Shown here piece by piece: positions 1 through 9,988 of a stretch of DNA of 64,000 bases. Where the stretch lies: positions 1,107 to 65,106 of the forward strand of contig CAWHRN010000010.1 of the NCBI GenBank assembly GCA_963831805.1, read 5' to 3'. The stretch's first letter is position 1. Every line of letters starts with the position of its first letter. The DNA comes from an uncultured Verrucomicrobiae bacterium. Lineage in GTDB: Bacteria; Verrucomicrobiota; Verrucomicrobiia; Chthoniobacterales; UBA10450. Made by a program: the position numbers and the translations under genes. The notes beneath the pieces were generated by a model that did no database searches, was not told the origin of the DNA, and saw only the letters and a program-made list of their open reading frames with translations.

Positions 1-1842
1 CGACCGGATCGCCGACGAAGATCGAGGAGGCCGATCTCGACCCGGATCAGGACGGCGCTGCTCGAGAAGCTGCTCGGGCAAGGACTACGAGGTCATCACC
101 GCCGACGATCGGCTCGACAAGATCGCGGCCGATTTCGTCGAGCACTGCGCGACGCGGTGGGAATCCGGCAAGTCGATGCTCGTCTGCATCGACAAGATCA
201 CCTGCGCCCGGATGTACCAGCGCATCGTGCCGCGCTGGAAGGCAAAGCTGGCCGCAGGTGAAGGCGACGCATCTCAGTCGAAGGAAGCGGAAGCTGGCCG
301 CGGCTGACGACCCGGATGCGCGCGAGCGACTGGCCGAAGATGCTGCGATGGCTGCGCGGCCAGGCGCACTGGCTGGACGAGCACGATCATCGAGATCATC
401 ATCAGCGAGGCGCAGAACGAGGTCGCGCGACTTCAAGAAGTGGGGCTTCGACATCATCCCGCATCGCGCCCTGATGAAGCAGGGTTTCGAGACGCCGGAC
501 GGCAAGCGGGTCGATGTCGAAGACGCCTTCAAGGACCCGAAGCATCCGTTCCGCGTCGCGATCGTCTGCGCGATGTGGCTGACCGGCTTCGACGTGGAAT
601 GCCTTTCGACGCTCTACATCGACAAGCCGATGAAGGCGCACACGCTGATGCAGGCCATCGCGCGGGCGAACCGCGTCTATCCCGGCAAGGATTTCGGCCT
701 GATCGTCGATTACAACGGCATGCTGAAGAGCCTGCGCGAGGCGCTGGCGCAATATGCGCTCGGCGACGACGAGCGGCGGCGATGGCGGCGAGATCGTGGC
801 GCCGATCGAGGAGCGGGTGCAGGCGCTTCGTCGAGGCAATCGAAGCGACCGAGAAGCATCTGCGCGGCCTCGGCTTCGATCCGAGCCGCTGATCGGCGCG
901 AAGGGCTTCACGCGGATCGAGGCGCTGCGCGACGCGGTCGACGCGGTCTACACGACCGACGAGAGCGAAGCGGCGCTTCGAGATCATGGCGCGGCAGGTG
1001 TTCATCCGCTTCAAGGCGCTGCTCATGGAGCCGATCGGTCTGCGCCTATGCCGAGCGTCACGACAACATCGAGGCGATCTACAAGAAGCTCGAAGAGAGG
1101 CGCGACACGGCGGACGTGACCGAGCTGCTCAAGGAACTGCACCGGATCGTCAACGAGGCGATCCGGACGCAGGAGCCGGGCGACGATCAGGCCGACGGTC
1201 TTGCACGTTCGATCTCAGCCAGATCGACTTCGAGAAGCTGCGCGACGAGTTCGCCAAGAAAGTGTCGACGAAGGCAACCGCGCTCCAGGACATCCGGGAG
1301 ATCGTCGAGGAGAAGCTCGCCCAGATGCTGGCGCGCAACCCACATGCGGATGGACTACTACAAAGAAGTATCAGGAGATCATCGCCGACTACAATCGCGA
1401 GAAGGATCGCACCACCGTCGAGGAGACGTTTGCAAGGCTTACGAAACTCGCTTCCAAAATGGACGAAGAATCCGCACGGCACGTCCGCGAGGGATTATCT
1501 GAAGAAGAACTCGCGCTCTTCGATCTGCTGTTGAAGGAGAACATCTCGAAGATCGATCGCGAAAAGGTGAAGCAGGCGAGCAAAGCACTCCTCGCGTCTC
1601 TCGAAGCGCTATTGGCGTCGATGCCGAACTGGACGAGTAACGCCACGACTCAAGCCGATGTGAAGATTTTGGTACTGGACAATCTTTATACGTCATTGCC
1701 ACGTCCGCCGTTCACCGATCAGGAAACTGATGCGCTGGCAGAACGCTTTACAACTTCGTTTGGCAACAGAGCGAGAGCGGGCAACTGCGAGCAGCTTGAT
1801 TCAACAGGAGCGGCTCGATCCGTGCGAAATGATGCGAAGTAG
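1..1842 (+). pseudogene. hsdR: Type I restriction enzyme R subunit (HsdR), C-terminal part, cut by the window edge and broken by several frameshifts
   Basis: HsdR helicase and C-terminal motifs are spread over several + frames: DKITCARMYQRIVPRWK (from nt 1); AIVCAMWLTGFDVECLSTLYIDKPMKAHTLMQAIARANRV (ORF 258..); YAERHDNIEAIYKKLEERRD; IDFEKLRDEFAKK; YQEIIADYNREKDRTTVEETF...EEELALFDLLLKE (ORF 1201..1842). Confidence 0.8.
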
Positions 1843-2190
1843 GAGAGGCGACCGGCAGCCGAGCCTTCGCACTTCGTTGCCCGGCTCGAACACAACTTTA
1901 ACGATCGGGACGTGGATGGCCTGATCAAGCATTTTTCGCGATCCCGAGCGACGGAAAAGAGTTCTTCAAGGAATACAAAGAGATCGAGAAGCTCTACGAG
2001 ATCATCCCGCCCGATGCCTGATCGAGTCCTACGACGCTCCAAGCTCACAGGAGGGTGTAGATGAGAAACGGCGCGCCTCGTGAGCTCATAGACGAGAAAA
2101 AAGTAGGAGAGATCGCGCGCTCAGAATCGTGGTATTGAGAGATAGCCGGGGAACTCGATTCGCGCTTTACCGGGACATGAATCGATTCTT

Positions 2191-2491
2191 CGGCCTGCCC
2201 CGCTCCGCCCGCCGGGCAAGATTGCCAAGATTCACGCACTGACCCTCGTTCCTCCGCCCGCTTGAGTGTTGTTTGTAGTCCGGGGTCGAGGCTGTAGAGG
2301 CGGCCCGCTCCGCCGCGGAGGTGGGATCCACCTAGGAAGCCTGCGCTCGGCACGAGCGCCTCTACAGCCCAATGGCCGGCGGTGCATCCGGGGGGTGCTC
2401 ACGCCCAAACAGTTTCGGACCGATCCCGGGTAAGTGACGGCGCTCGCCTAGGGGAGCGAGTGCCGCCGGGAATCCTTCACGATCCCGTCCA
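2191..2491. repeat. Copy A of a ~300-bp repeat (see 15705..15960). Its right end is the last ~15 codons of a dockerin-like gene
   Basis: Near-identical by eye to 15705-16000. Starts CGGCCTGCCCCGCTCCGCCCGCCGGGCAAGAT. Contains a 10-bp closing stem GGCTGTAGAG/CTCTACAGCC (2290-2369) enclosing three short hairpins. Confidence 0.8.
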
Positions 2492-2793
2492 AAGCAAAAC
2501 GCAGAGGTCACGACTCAGAACCTCGAGGTTGCGAGCCGAAACCGGCAAGAGACCGCGCAGCGCCTCCGTGTTTCAAACCGAAACCGGGAAGCGACGAACC
2601 CAAACCGAGAGCGGCCATGCCGGCCGCAAACGTTTGATCAACCATTAACCACCAACGGGTGACGAAGCGCGTTGGTAGGCGTGCGACACACCTCGTCCAA
2701 CTTCTAAATTCGGATCGCTGAGCGGCGACCGCGTTTGTTTCGGCGTGAGTAGCTTGCGGTTCAGTCCGAGGTGCAGCATGCGTGTCAGGCATC

Positions 2794-2817
2794 CTGAGGA
2801 AAGGAACATAGTCTTTC
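2794..2817 (+). promoter_or_regulatory. Conserved upstream element, copy 1 (CTGAGGAAAGGAACATAGTCTTTC)
   Basis: Same 24-nt element as 4990-5013 and 7769-7792. Ends 32 nt before the ATG at 2850. Confidence 0.5.
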
Positions 2818-2849
2818 CCAAAATCGCCTCCGCCATCCGATGGTCCCTC

Positions 2850-3077
2850 ATGAAAACAGTATTTGAAAGAACCGAGACCATGAATGGCACGATTGAGGAG
2901 CAAGGCATCTCCCGGACAAGACCTGCAGTTTCGCCAGTCCGGCGCGGACCTGCGGCTTCTGTGTCTGGCATCATTGCCGAATGGCAGCAACACGGGCCGG
3001 CAACACTGGGCGGACAGGCTGGTCGAAAATTGCGCTTCGCCTTTGCCCCAGCGCAGTTCGTCACAATCGCGCGCTGA
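2850..3077 (+). CDS. Small hypothetical protein (75 aa)
   Basis: Internal ATG of ORF 2745..3077 (MKTVFERTETMNG...). Supported mainly by the conserved upstream element at the same spacing as for ndh and the efflux operon. Confidence 0.3.
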   Translation: MKTVFERTETMNGTIEEQGISRTRPAVSPVRRGPAASVSGIIAEWQQHGPATLGGQAGRKLRFAFAPAQFVTIAR

Positions 3078-3255
3078 AAGGAACCATCATGAACTCGCTA
3101 GGAATGAATCAGAAGAAATCGAGAAGGTGGTTTCGTCCGCGGCGGCGTCGGCACGACGCGATGCTGGTCTTAAGCATGTCGATTTTTAATTCGGGCAAGA
3201 GTTGGGATCGCATCTTCAGTCCCATCCCGCAGCGCGAGAACGTTTGGAGCTACTG

Positions 3256-3459
3256 ATGAATACAACCATATCGATGAGTTTCGCCGCGCCAGCTCCGGGT
3301 TACATCGCGCTGCAACATGAGATGCGCGACGCGATCCGCACCCAACACCCGGAATGGATTCAGCCAAATGGTGATTGCCCGACCTGCGATTCCTACGAAG
3401 CGCGTCTCGCGGAATTGCTTGGCCTGTCCTTGACGCTCGAACGCGGTCGCTCGCACTAA
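3256..3459 (+). CDS. Small hypothetical protein
   Basis: Internal ATG (MNTTISMSF...) of ORF 3202..3459. No recognisable motif. Confidence 0.25.
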   Translation: MNTTISMSFAAPAPGYIALQHEMRDAIRTQHPEWIQPNGDCPTCDSYEARLAELLGLSLTLERGRSH

Positions 3460-3463
3460 GCAA

Positions 3464-5030
3464 ATGAAAGCCGGGAGTGCGAGCAGATTCGCGGTTATTG
3501 TCGCGGCCGTGGCGGGCAGCGGTTGCGCGTCGATGCACGTTGCTTCGCCGGATCTTTTACGGCGAGACATTGTTGCGGCTGACTCTGCGTATCGCGAGCT
3601 CACGCCGAATGCTACGCGCGCCTACAACAACGCGCTCGAATCGATCACGCGGAATGTCGATCGGACCACCCCCGCGGTATTGCACCGCGAGCTAGACCAG
3701 GACGGTGTCACGGTCGAGGAGCCGGCGGTCGCACTGCCGCTCATTCGCTATCATGCGGTGCGGCCTTCGCCACAGGCCTGGGAGTCTTGCGCCATTGGTG
3801 CGCCGGTCGGTACTCGAGTACGACACCAGTCGCGCTTCGCTTTATCCGCGCGATGGGATGTTTCTCTCCGCCACGGCGATCTACCGGCGGGTGCACAACC
3901 GACCGCATCTTTCCTTCATTGCCGACAATAACAGCATCACACTCGGTCGATCGACCTACTCCTTCGTGACCGACCATGCGGCGGCGACATCCATGCTCGC
4001 GCATCGAGCACGGCGCGTGGCACAGAGCGGCCTAACGAACCTGCTGCACCCCGACATTCGGGCCAAAGGCGAGATTGTTCTGACCGCGCCCTACGATCCG
4101 AATAAGATCCCGATCTTGCTCGTGCACGGTTTGCAATCGACGCCAGTCACGTTCTTGAAACTAGTGACCGCCTTGGAAGGCGATCCGGCGATCGCGCGGC
4201 GCTTTCAGTTCTGGCACTTCTATTATAGTACCGGCACACCAGTTCTGCTGAACGCGCTCAGGTTGCGTGACGAGCTTGAAAGGACGGTTCACCTTGTCGA
4301 TCCCGACGATGATGATCCTGCGACGCACCGCATCGTGGTTGTGGGCCATAGCATGGGCGGACTGCTCGCGCATACGCTGGTCAGCTCGAGCGGCGATCGT
4401 TTGTGGAAGAGCCTCTTCCTTGTTCCCCCGGAGCAACTGCGGGGCGACGCGGAGACGATCCGGCTGTTGCAACGCATGTTGTTCTTCCGACGGAATCCGA
4501 GAGTTGCGCGCGCCATCTTCATCGCCACTCCACATCGCGGCAGCGCGATGGCCGATTCGTGGATCGGCGGCGTGGGGAAGTCGCTGATTCGCTTGCCTGA
4601 CAGGTTACAAACTGACTTTGCAGCTATCGCAGAAAAAAACGCGGAGGTAAGGACAGTAGAAGCAGCGGCTTTCTACAAACAATTGAACTTCACCTCCGTC
4701 CACACACTTTCGCCCCACGATCCGATATTGCTCGCGCTCGCGCGTCTGCCGATCGGTGCGCCTTTTCACAGCATCATCGGGCAACAACACAGCGGCGCCG
4801 AAAGCGATGGCGTCGTTCGTTATGCCAGCTCACACCTCGACGGTGCACGCTCCGAGCTGATCGTCCGTAGCGGCCACAATGCTTTTAACAATCCCGACGC
4901 GCGCAGAGAAGTGATCCGGATTCTTAGAGGGGAATTGCAGCATCGCCCTGCTCCGAAACAGGTGCGTGCCACCATGCTCGCTAACTATGCTGAGGAGAGA
5001 AAGATAGTCTTTCACAATAACACGAGGTAA
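3464..5030 (+). CDS. Alpha/beta-hydrolase (esterase/lipase-like) lipoprotein, one apparent frameshift near 3790
   Basis: N-terminus MKAGSASRFAVIVAAVAGSGC (lipobox-like) in ORF 3464... It continues in ORF 3705..5030 with the nucleophile elbow VVVGHSMGGLLAH and a late HRGS motif. Confidence 0.6.
4990..5013 (+). promoter_or_regulatory. Conserved upstream element, copy 2 (CTGAGGAGAGAAAGATAGTCTTTC)
   Basis: Ends 33 nt before the ndh ATG (5047). An AGGAG sits about 12 nt before the ATG. Confidence 0.5.
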
Positions 5031-5046
5031 GGCCAGGAGTTCTAAC

Positions 5047-6366
5047 ATGAAAAAGACACGAATCGTGATCGCCGGCGGCGGATTTGCCGGGCTCTACGCG
5101 GCGAAATATTTGGATAAGCATCTGGGGCCACGGCCGGACGTGGAAGTGACGCTGATCGCGCGGGAGAATTTCATCCTCTTCACGCCGATGTTGCATGAAG
5201 TCGCGGCGGGCGATCTCGCGCCTGCCGACATTGTAAATCCGCAGCGGCGGATTCTGCGCCATGTCCACGTGGTCGAAGCGGACGTGGAAGATGTTGACCT
5301 GAGCGCGCGAAAAGTCCGCTGCGCGCATGGGCTTGACCGCACCGAGCTTGAGTTCGAGTTCGACCATTTGCTGCTAGCGCTCGGTTCGGAGACAAACTTT
5401 TTCGACAACGCCGGCATTCGCGATTGGGCGGTGACGATGAAAAATCTGAGCGACGCGGCGCTGCTGCGAAATCGCATGGTGGCGTTTCTGGAAGAAGCGA
5501 CGTTGGAGAAAGACACCGCTGCGCGTCGTCAATGGCTCACCTTCGTGATCGCGGGCGGCGGATTTGCCGGCGCGGAAACGGCCGGGGCGGTCAATGATTT
5601 CGTGCGCGAGACTGCGAAGTTTTACCACGGCGTGGGCGACGAGGAGATTCGCGTCGTGGTGATTCATCCGGGCGAATACTTGTTGCCGGAGTTAGGCGAA
5701 GAGCTCGGTCGTTATGCCGAACGCAAAATGCTCGAGCGCAAAGTGGAGGTGATCAAAGGCGCGCGCGTGGCGAGCTACGATGGCTGGGTCGTCACGCTGA
5801 ACAACGGGCTGGCAATTCCCGCTGCGACCCTGATTTGGACTGCTGGAGTGAAACCCAGCGCGGTGGTCGCGTCTTTGCCGTGTCCGAAAGAGAAAGGTCG
5901 GATTCTTGCAGATCAATATCTGCAGGTTCCTGGATTCCCGGGGTTGTGGACGGCGGGCGATTGCGCGGCCGTTCCCGATGGCTACGAAACAGGAATCTTT
6001 TTCCCGCCCACCGCGCAACACGGAATGCGCGAGGCGCTGACCGCGGCAAAGAACATTGAGCGCAACATTCTCGGACAGTCGCTGAAGCCCTTCCGATATC
6101 GGACCATGGGGATGCTTGCGAGCATCGGCCATCACACCGGGGTAGCGAGTATGTTCGGGTTCAAGTTTTCCGGTTTCATCGCCTGGGCGATGTGGCGCAC
6201 GGTCTACTTAATGAAGCTCCCGCGCCTGGTGAAGAAACTGCGCGTGATGATGGCGTGGACGCTTGATCTTTTGTTCGGCCGCGACATCGAACAGATGATC
6301 ACCTTGCGCGATGTCGAAGAACTGAGCGAGCGCTGGGCCCGTCTTCGCGACCGACGCACGGCATAG
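5047..6366 (+). CDS. ndh: Type II NADH dehydrogenase (NDH-2, FAD-dependent pyridine nucleotide-disulfide oxidoreductase)
   Basis: Intact 439-aa ORF with two dinucleotide-binding motifs, IVIAGGGFAGLYAA and FVIAGGGFAGAETAG, plus TAGDCA. Confidence 0.85.
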   Translation: MKKTRIVIAGGGFAGLYAAKYLDKHLGPRPDVEVTLIARENFILFTPMLHEVAAGDLAPADIVNPQRRILRHVHVVEADVEDVDLSARKVRCAHGLDRTELEFEFDHLLLALGSETNFFDNAGIRDWAVTMKNLSDAALLRNRMVAFLEEATLEKDTAARRQWLTFVIAGGGFAGAETAGAVNDFVRETAKFYHGVGDEEIRVVVIHPGEYLLPELGEELGRYAERKMLERKVEVIKGARVASYDGWVVTLNNGLAIPAATLIWTAGVKPSAVVASLPCPKEKGRILADQYLQVPGFPGLWTAGDCAAVPDGYETGIFFPPTAQHGMREALTAAKNIERNILGQSLKPFRYRTMGMLASIGHHTGVASMFGFKFSGFIAWAMWRTVYLMKLPRLVKKLRVMMAWTLDLLFGRDIEQMITLRDVEELSERWARLRDRRTA

Positions 6367-6368
6367 CC

Positions 6369-6815
6369 ATGGACGCGCCGATCGTTACCGCGCTGGCCGG
6401 TATTTTGGGATCCATCTGTGGCGGTACCGCCAGTTTCGCGACCGCCTGGGTCACGCAAAAAACGGGTAGCAAGCGCAAAAAAATTCGGGCCGAGCTCGAC
6501 AAGCGCGAGGCGCTTTACGGTGAATTCATCAACGAATGTTCGAATCGCGTGATGGATTCGCTGGAGCGGAATCTGGACAAGCCGGAAACGTTGTTGGCGA
6601 TCTACGCTTTGCTCAATCGCATCCGGCTTTCGGCCTCAGCCGCAGTTCTCACTGAAGCGGAAGAGCTCGTCAAATTCATCATGGAGCAATACTTCGCGCC
6701 GAATGTTTCACTCGAAGAATTCCACGAACGCGTCCACTGCGGCGAGATCGATCCGCTCAAGCGCTTCAGCGAAAGCTGCCGGCAGGAGCTGAAGTCAATG
6801 CACGCCGCGGGTTAG
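6369..6815 (+). CDS. Hypothetical protein with N-terminal hydrophobic segment
   Basis: Intact 148-aa ORF starting 3 nt after the ndh stop. No recognisable domain. Confidence 0.45.
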   Translation: MDAPIVTALAGILGSICGGTASFATAWVTQKTGSKRKKIRAELDKREALYGEFINECSNRVMDSLERNLDKPETLLAIYALLNRIRLSASAAVLTEAEELVKFIMEQYFAPNVSLEEFHERVHCGEIDPLKRFSESCRQELKSMHAAG

Positions 6816-6833
6816 AAGTCCAGCCGCGATGGC

Positions 6834-7737
6834 CTAACGAATCGCGGCAAACGCGTCTTTCGCGCACAGGCAGAACTTCTCCGCAGCTGGACTGAGTTTT
6901 CCTTTTCGCGTGATGATTCCAACAACGACCCGTTTCGGTTCAGGCGTGAGCCGCACGCATTTGATCCGGTCGTTAAATGCATAATTGAACGCGTCCGATG
7001 TGAGCGCCACTCCCGCGCCGGCGCTGACAGAGGAAAAAACACCGGACCAACCATCCTGCTCCTCCGCGAGACGCGGCTTCTCGTTCACGCGCGCAAAGAT
7101 CGCGCTCAGATATTCGTGGTAACGCGGATAGTCTTCGTGCGTCAAGCCGATGAACGGTTCCCGCGCCGCATCGGCCAACGAAACGGATCGGCGGCCCGCG
7201 AACGGATGGTCGCTGGAAACCGCCAAACAAACGCGCCCATCGAACAATGGTTCGAACCGTAGCTCCTCGAGCGCATTCGCTTTGAGCGGTGGGAGAATGA
7301 TCGCAAGCTGCAAACGACCATCGCGCACTCCCGCCATGTTCTTCTCGACCGCCCAATCATGCACCTTCACTTTTACGTTCGGCATGGCTTTCTGATAAGC
7401 GCGAAGAAGCGTGGGCATGACCTGGCCAGTCGCGAGCGGCCAATCGCCGATGTGCAGTTCGGTCTCGCCCTTGCCGGCGATCGCGCGCACTTTTCCGACC
7501 GCGTCGTCAGTATGCCTTAAGAATCGCACGAGCTTCTTCGAGAAACGCGCGGCCGGCGTCGGTGAGGCGCACTGACTTGGCAGTGCGCTCGAGTAACTGC
7601 ACGCCCATCTCGTCTTCGAGATCGCGAATCTGGCGACTCAAAGACGGTTGCGAAACGTGCAGCCGTTGCATCGCGGCGCGCGAGACGTTTTCCATCTCGG
7701 CTACGGCAACGAAATAGCGCAGGTGCCTCAGTTCCAC
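6834..7737 (-). CDS. LysR-family transcriptional regulator, one apparent frameshift near 7510-7530
   Basis: HTH N-terminus [22 protein letters not shown]...[16 protein letters not shown] (ORF 7507..7737) plus a substrate-binding domain (ORF 6834..7529). Divergent from the efflux operon. Confidence 0.8.
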
Positions 7738-7768
7738 TGTGCCCGCAAGGGTATGCCCTCAACGCATG

Positions 7769-7792
7769 CTGAGGCAAGGAACATAGTCTTTC
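7769..7792 (+). promoter_or_regulatory. Conserved upstream element, copy 3 (CTGAGGCAAGGAACATAGTCTTTC)
   Basis: Lies in the lysR/efflux divergent intergenic region. Ends 33 nt before the ATG at 7826. Confidence 0.5.
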
Positions 7793-7825
7793 ACAGAGTG
7801 CTCCGGGCGAGCGGATCATTCCGCC

Positions 7826-8915
7826 ATGAAGATTTGTTATTGGAGGATCAGCCGATGCCTGCTGGCGGGATCGCTTGGCGGCATCCTTTCAGCGTGCGGC
7901 CACCAGGCCGCTCCGAGGTCGCTCGTCAAAGTAGAAGCGCAGCACGTTCAGCTAACTGAGACAGCGAAGAGGATAACTCTAACGGGCGAGATACGCGCGC
8001 AGGTTGAGTCGGACCTCGCTTTCCGCGTCAACGGTCGAATCACGCAACGGCTGGTGGATGTCGGCGACCATGTGTCTTCCGGCCAGATCCTGGCAAAGCT
8101 CGATCCGCATGAGCAGCAAGCCACGGTCGAGGTAAGGGAAGCCGAGGTTCGCGCCGCGGAAGCAGGATTGCGCAATGAGACCTCAAATTTGGACAGGCAG
8201 AAATTTTTGCTTTCTCGCAAATCGACTCCGCAATCGGAGTACGATCGCGCGGAGGAATCGTTCCGCACCGCGCAAAGCGCGCTCGAGGCCGCTAACGCTC
8301 ACCTTGGGACGGCGCGAGACGCTTTAGCGCAAACAGAACTGCGTGCCGATAAGCGCCGGAACGATCACGACCCGAAACGCGGAGGTCGGTCAGGTGGTGG
8401 AGGGGGCGCAACCTGTCTTCGTGCTGGCCCATGACGGTCCGCGCGACGCGGTCTTTAATGTGAGCCAATCGGTGCTCGGCAACCAGCCCGTCGATCGAAA
8501 CATTCCGATCGCGATCAAACTGGTTAGTGATCCGAGCATCTATACCACCGGCAAGGTGCACGAGGTCACGCCGACGCTCAGTGGCGCGGGAGGGACGCTT
8601 GCGGTGAAAGTGCGGCTGGATGACTCGCTCAAAGGTATGACGCTGGGCGCGGCGGTCGTTGGCGACGGGCCGTTAAGTTCGCAAAAAGCGATCACGCTTC
8701 CGCCGAGTTCGCTCGCATCAGTGGCGGGGCAGCCAGGTGTGTGGATCGTCGATCCCGCCACGCGCGTGGTATCTGCGCGACCGATCACGATAGCGCGCTA
8801 CGAAACAAACAGAGTCATTATCGCGGCCGGACTGCGGCCGGGAGACCTCGTGGTCACGCACGACGGGCAGAAGATGAGCCCACAACAGATGGTCGCCATC
8901 GCGGAGGTGCGCTAG
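7826..8915 (+). CDS. RND efflux periplasmic adaptor (MFP/HlyD family) 1, frameshift near 8345
   Basis: Lipoprotein-like N-terminus (LLAGSLGGILSAC), coiled-coil region, then AGTITTRNAEVGQVV... in ORF 8343..8915. Confidence 0.75.
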
Positions 8916-8917
8916 TC

Positions 8918-9988
8918 ATGAAAAAATCCTGCCTTCTCTTGTTAGGCGCGATCGCCGGACTTACGGCCTGCCATCGGCAGGCAGCGGCCCCGATGCCACC
9001 AATTCGTCCGGTGCTCAGCGTGATTGTCGCACCCGAAGCGGCCGGAGGAGCCGCGTTCGCCGGAACGGTGGAAGCCCGTTACGAATCCACCCTGAGCTTT
9101 CGTGTGCTCGGCCGGATAATCGCTCGCGAGGTGAACGTCGGGGATAAGGTCGAGAAAGGCGCGCGTCTAGCGGCGCTCGATCCTACTCCGTTTCAACTCG
9201 CGCTGCGGGATGCGGAAGCGGACCTGGCAAGGGCAGAGGCGCACCGGCAGGAAACTAACCTGGCTGCGGCCCGACAGCGCCAGTTGTTCAGTGAAGGAGT
9301 GACCGCGAAAGCAGAGTTCGAGGCTGCGCAACATGAGTGGGAAAGTGCGGAGGCGGCCGCCGCAGCGGCAAGGGCGAATGTAAGTCTGGCACAGGAACAC
9401 CTCGGTTACGCTGAGTTACGGGCCGAGTTCGACGGAGTGAGTTACCGCGACCGACGCGCAAGTCGGCCAGGTAGTTCAGCCGGGACAGGAAGTGGTGAGG
9501 GTTGTTCGACCGGAGGAGCGAGAGGCGATGGTGGATGTCCCGGACCAGATCGCGACCCACCTTCGTCCGGGAATTCACTTCCTGGCTTTCTCGGAAGCTG
9601 ATCCCGCTACGTCCGTCAAGGGACAGGTGCGCGAGATCGCGCCCCAGGCGGACCTGGCGACTCGCACGCGACGCATCCGCATCACGCTGGTTAATCCACC
9701 CCTGAGTTTCCGGTTGGGAACCATCGTGAAGGCGGTGCCGGAGACGAATCCCGGCGCGGAGATCGAGCTGCCTTCGTCCGCGCTTCCTGGAGCGCAATGG
9801 CAAGATCTTTGTCTGGGTGGTTGACCCAGCCACAAGCAGAGCGTCGATCCGGGAAGTAAAGCTTGGCGCACACGACGCGGATTCTTTCCGAGTCGTGCAA
9901 GGACTCGCGCCCGGCAATCGCGTGGTCACAGCCGGCGTGCACAGCCTTTCGCCTAACCAAGTAGTTAAAATTGCGGACACACACTCAT
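8918..9988 (+). CDS. RND efflux periplasmic adaptor (MFP/HlyD family) 2, frameshifts near 9440 and 9790
   Basis: MKKSCLLLLGAIAGLTAC lipobox, barrel-sandwich and coiled-coil motifs. It continues in ORF 9492..9824 and a third frame to the ATGA overlap with the pump gene. Confidence 0.7.

Noticed and set aside
2290-2369. Cloverleaf-like three-hairpin core considered as a tRNA or tmRNA, or as a group II intron or retron ncRNA.
   Set aside because: - Two loops are only 3 nt, with no T-loop, anticodon architecture or CCA context.
- There is no GUGYG 5-prime end or domain V.
- No reverse transcriptase gene is nearby.
2508-3064. ORFs 2508..2993 (-) and 2645..3064 (-) in the region after repeat copy A.
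   Set aside because: They have no motifs, overlap each other in different frames, and lie opposite the small + ORF that carries the conserved upstream element. There is insufficient support to call them.
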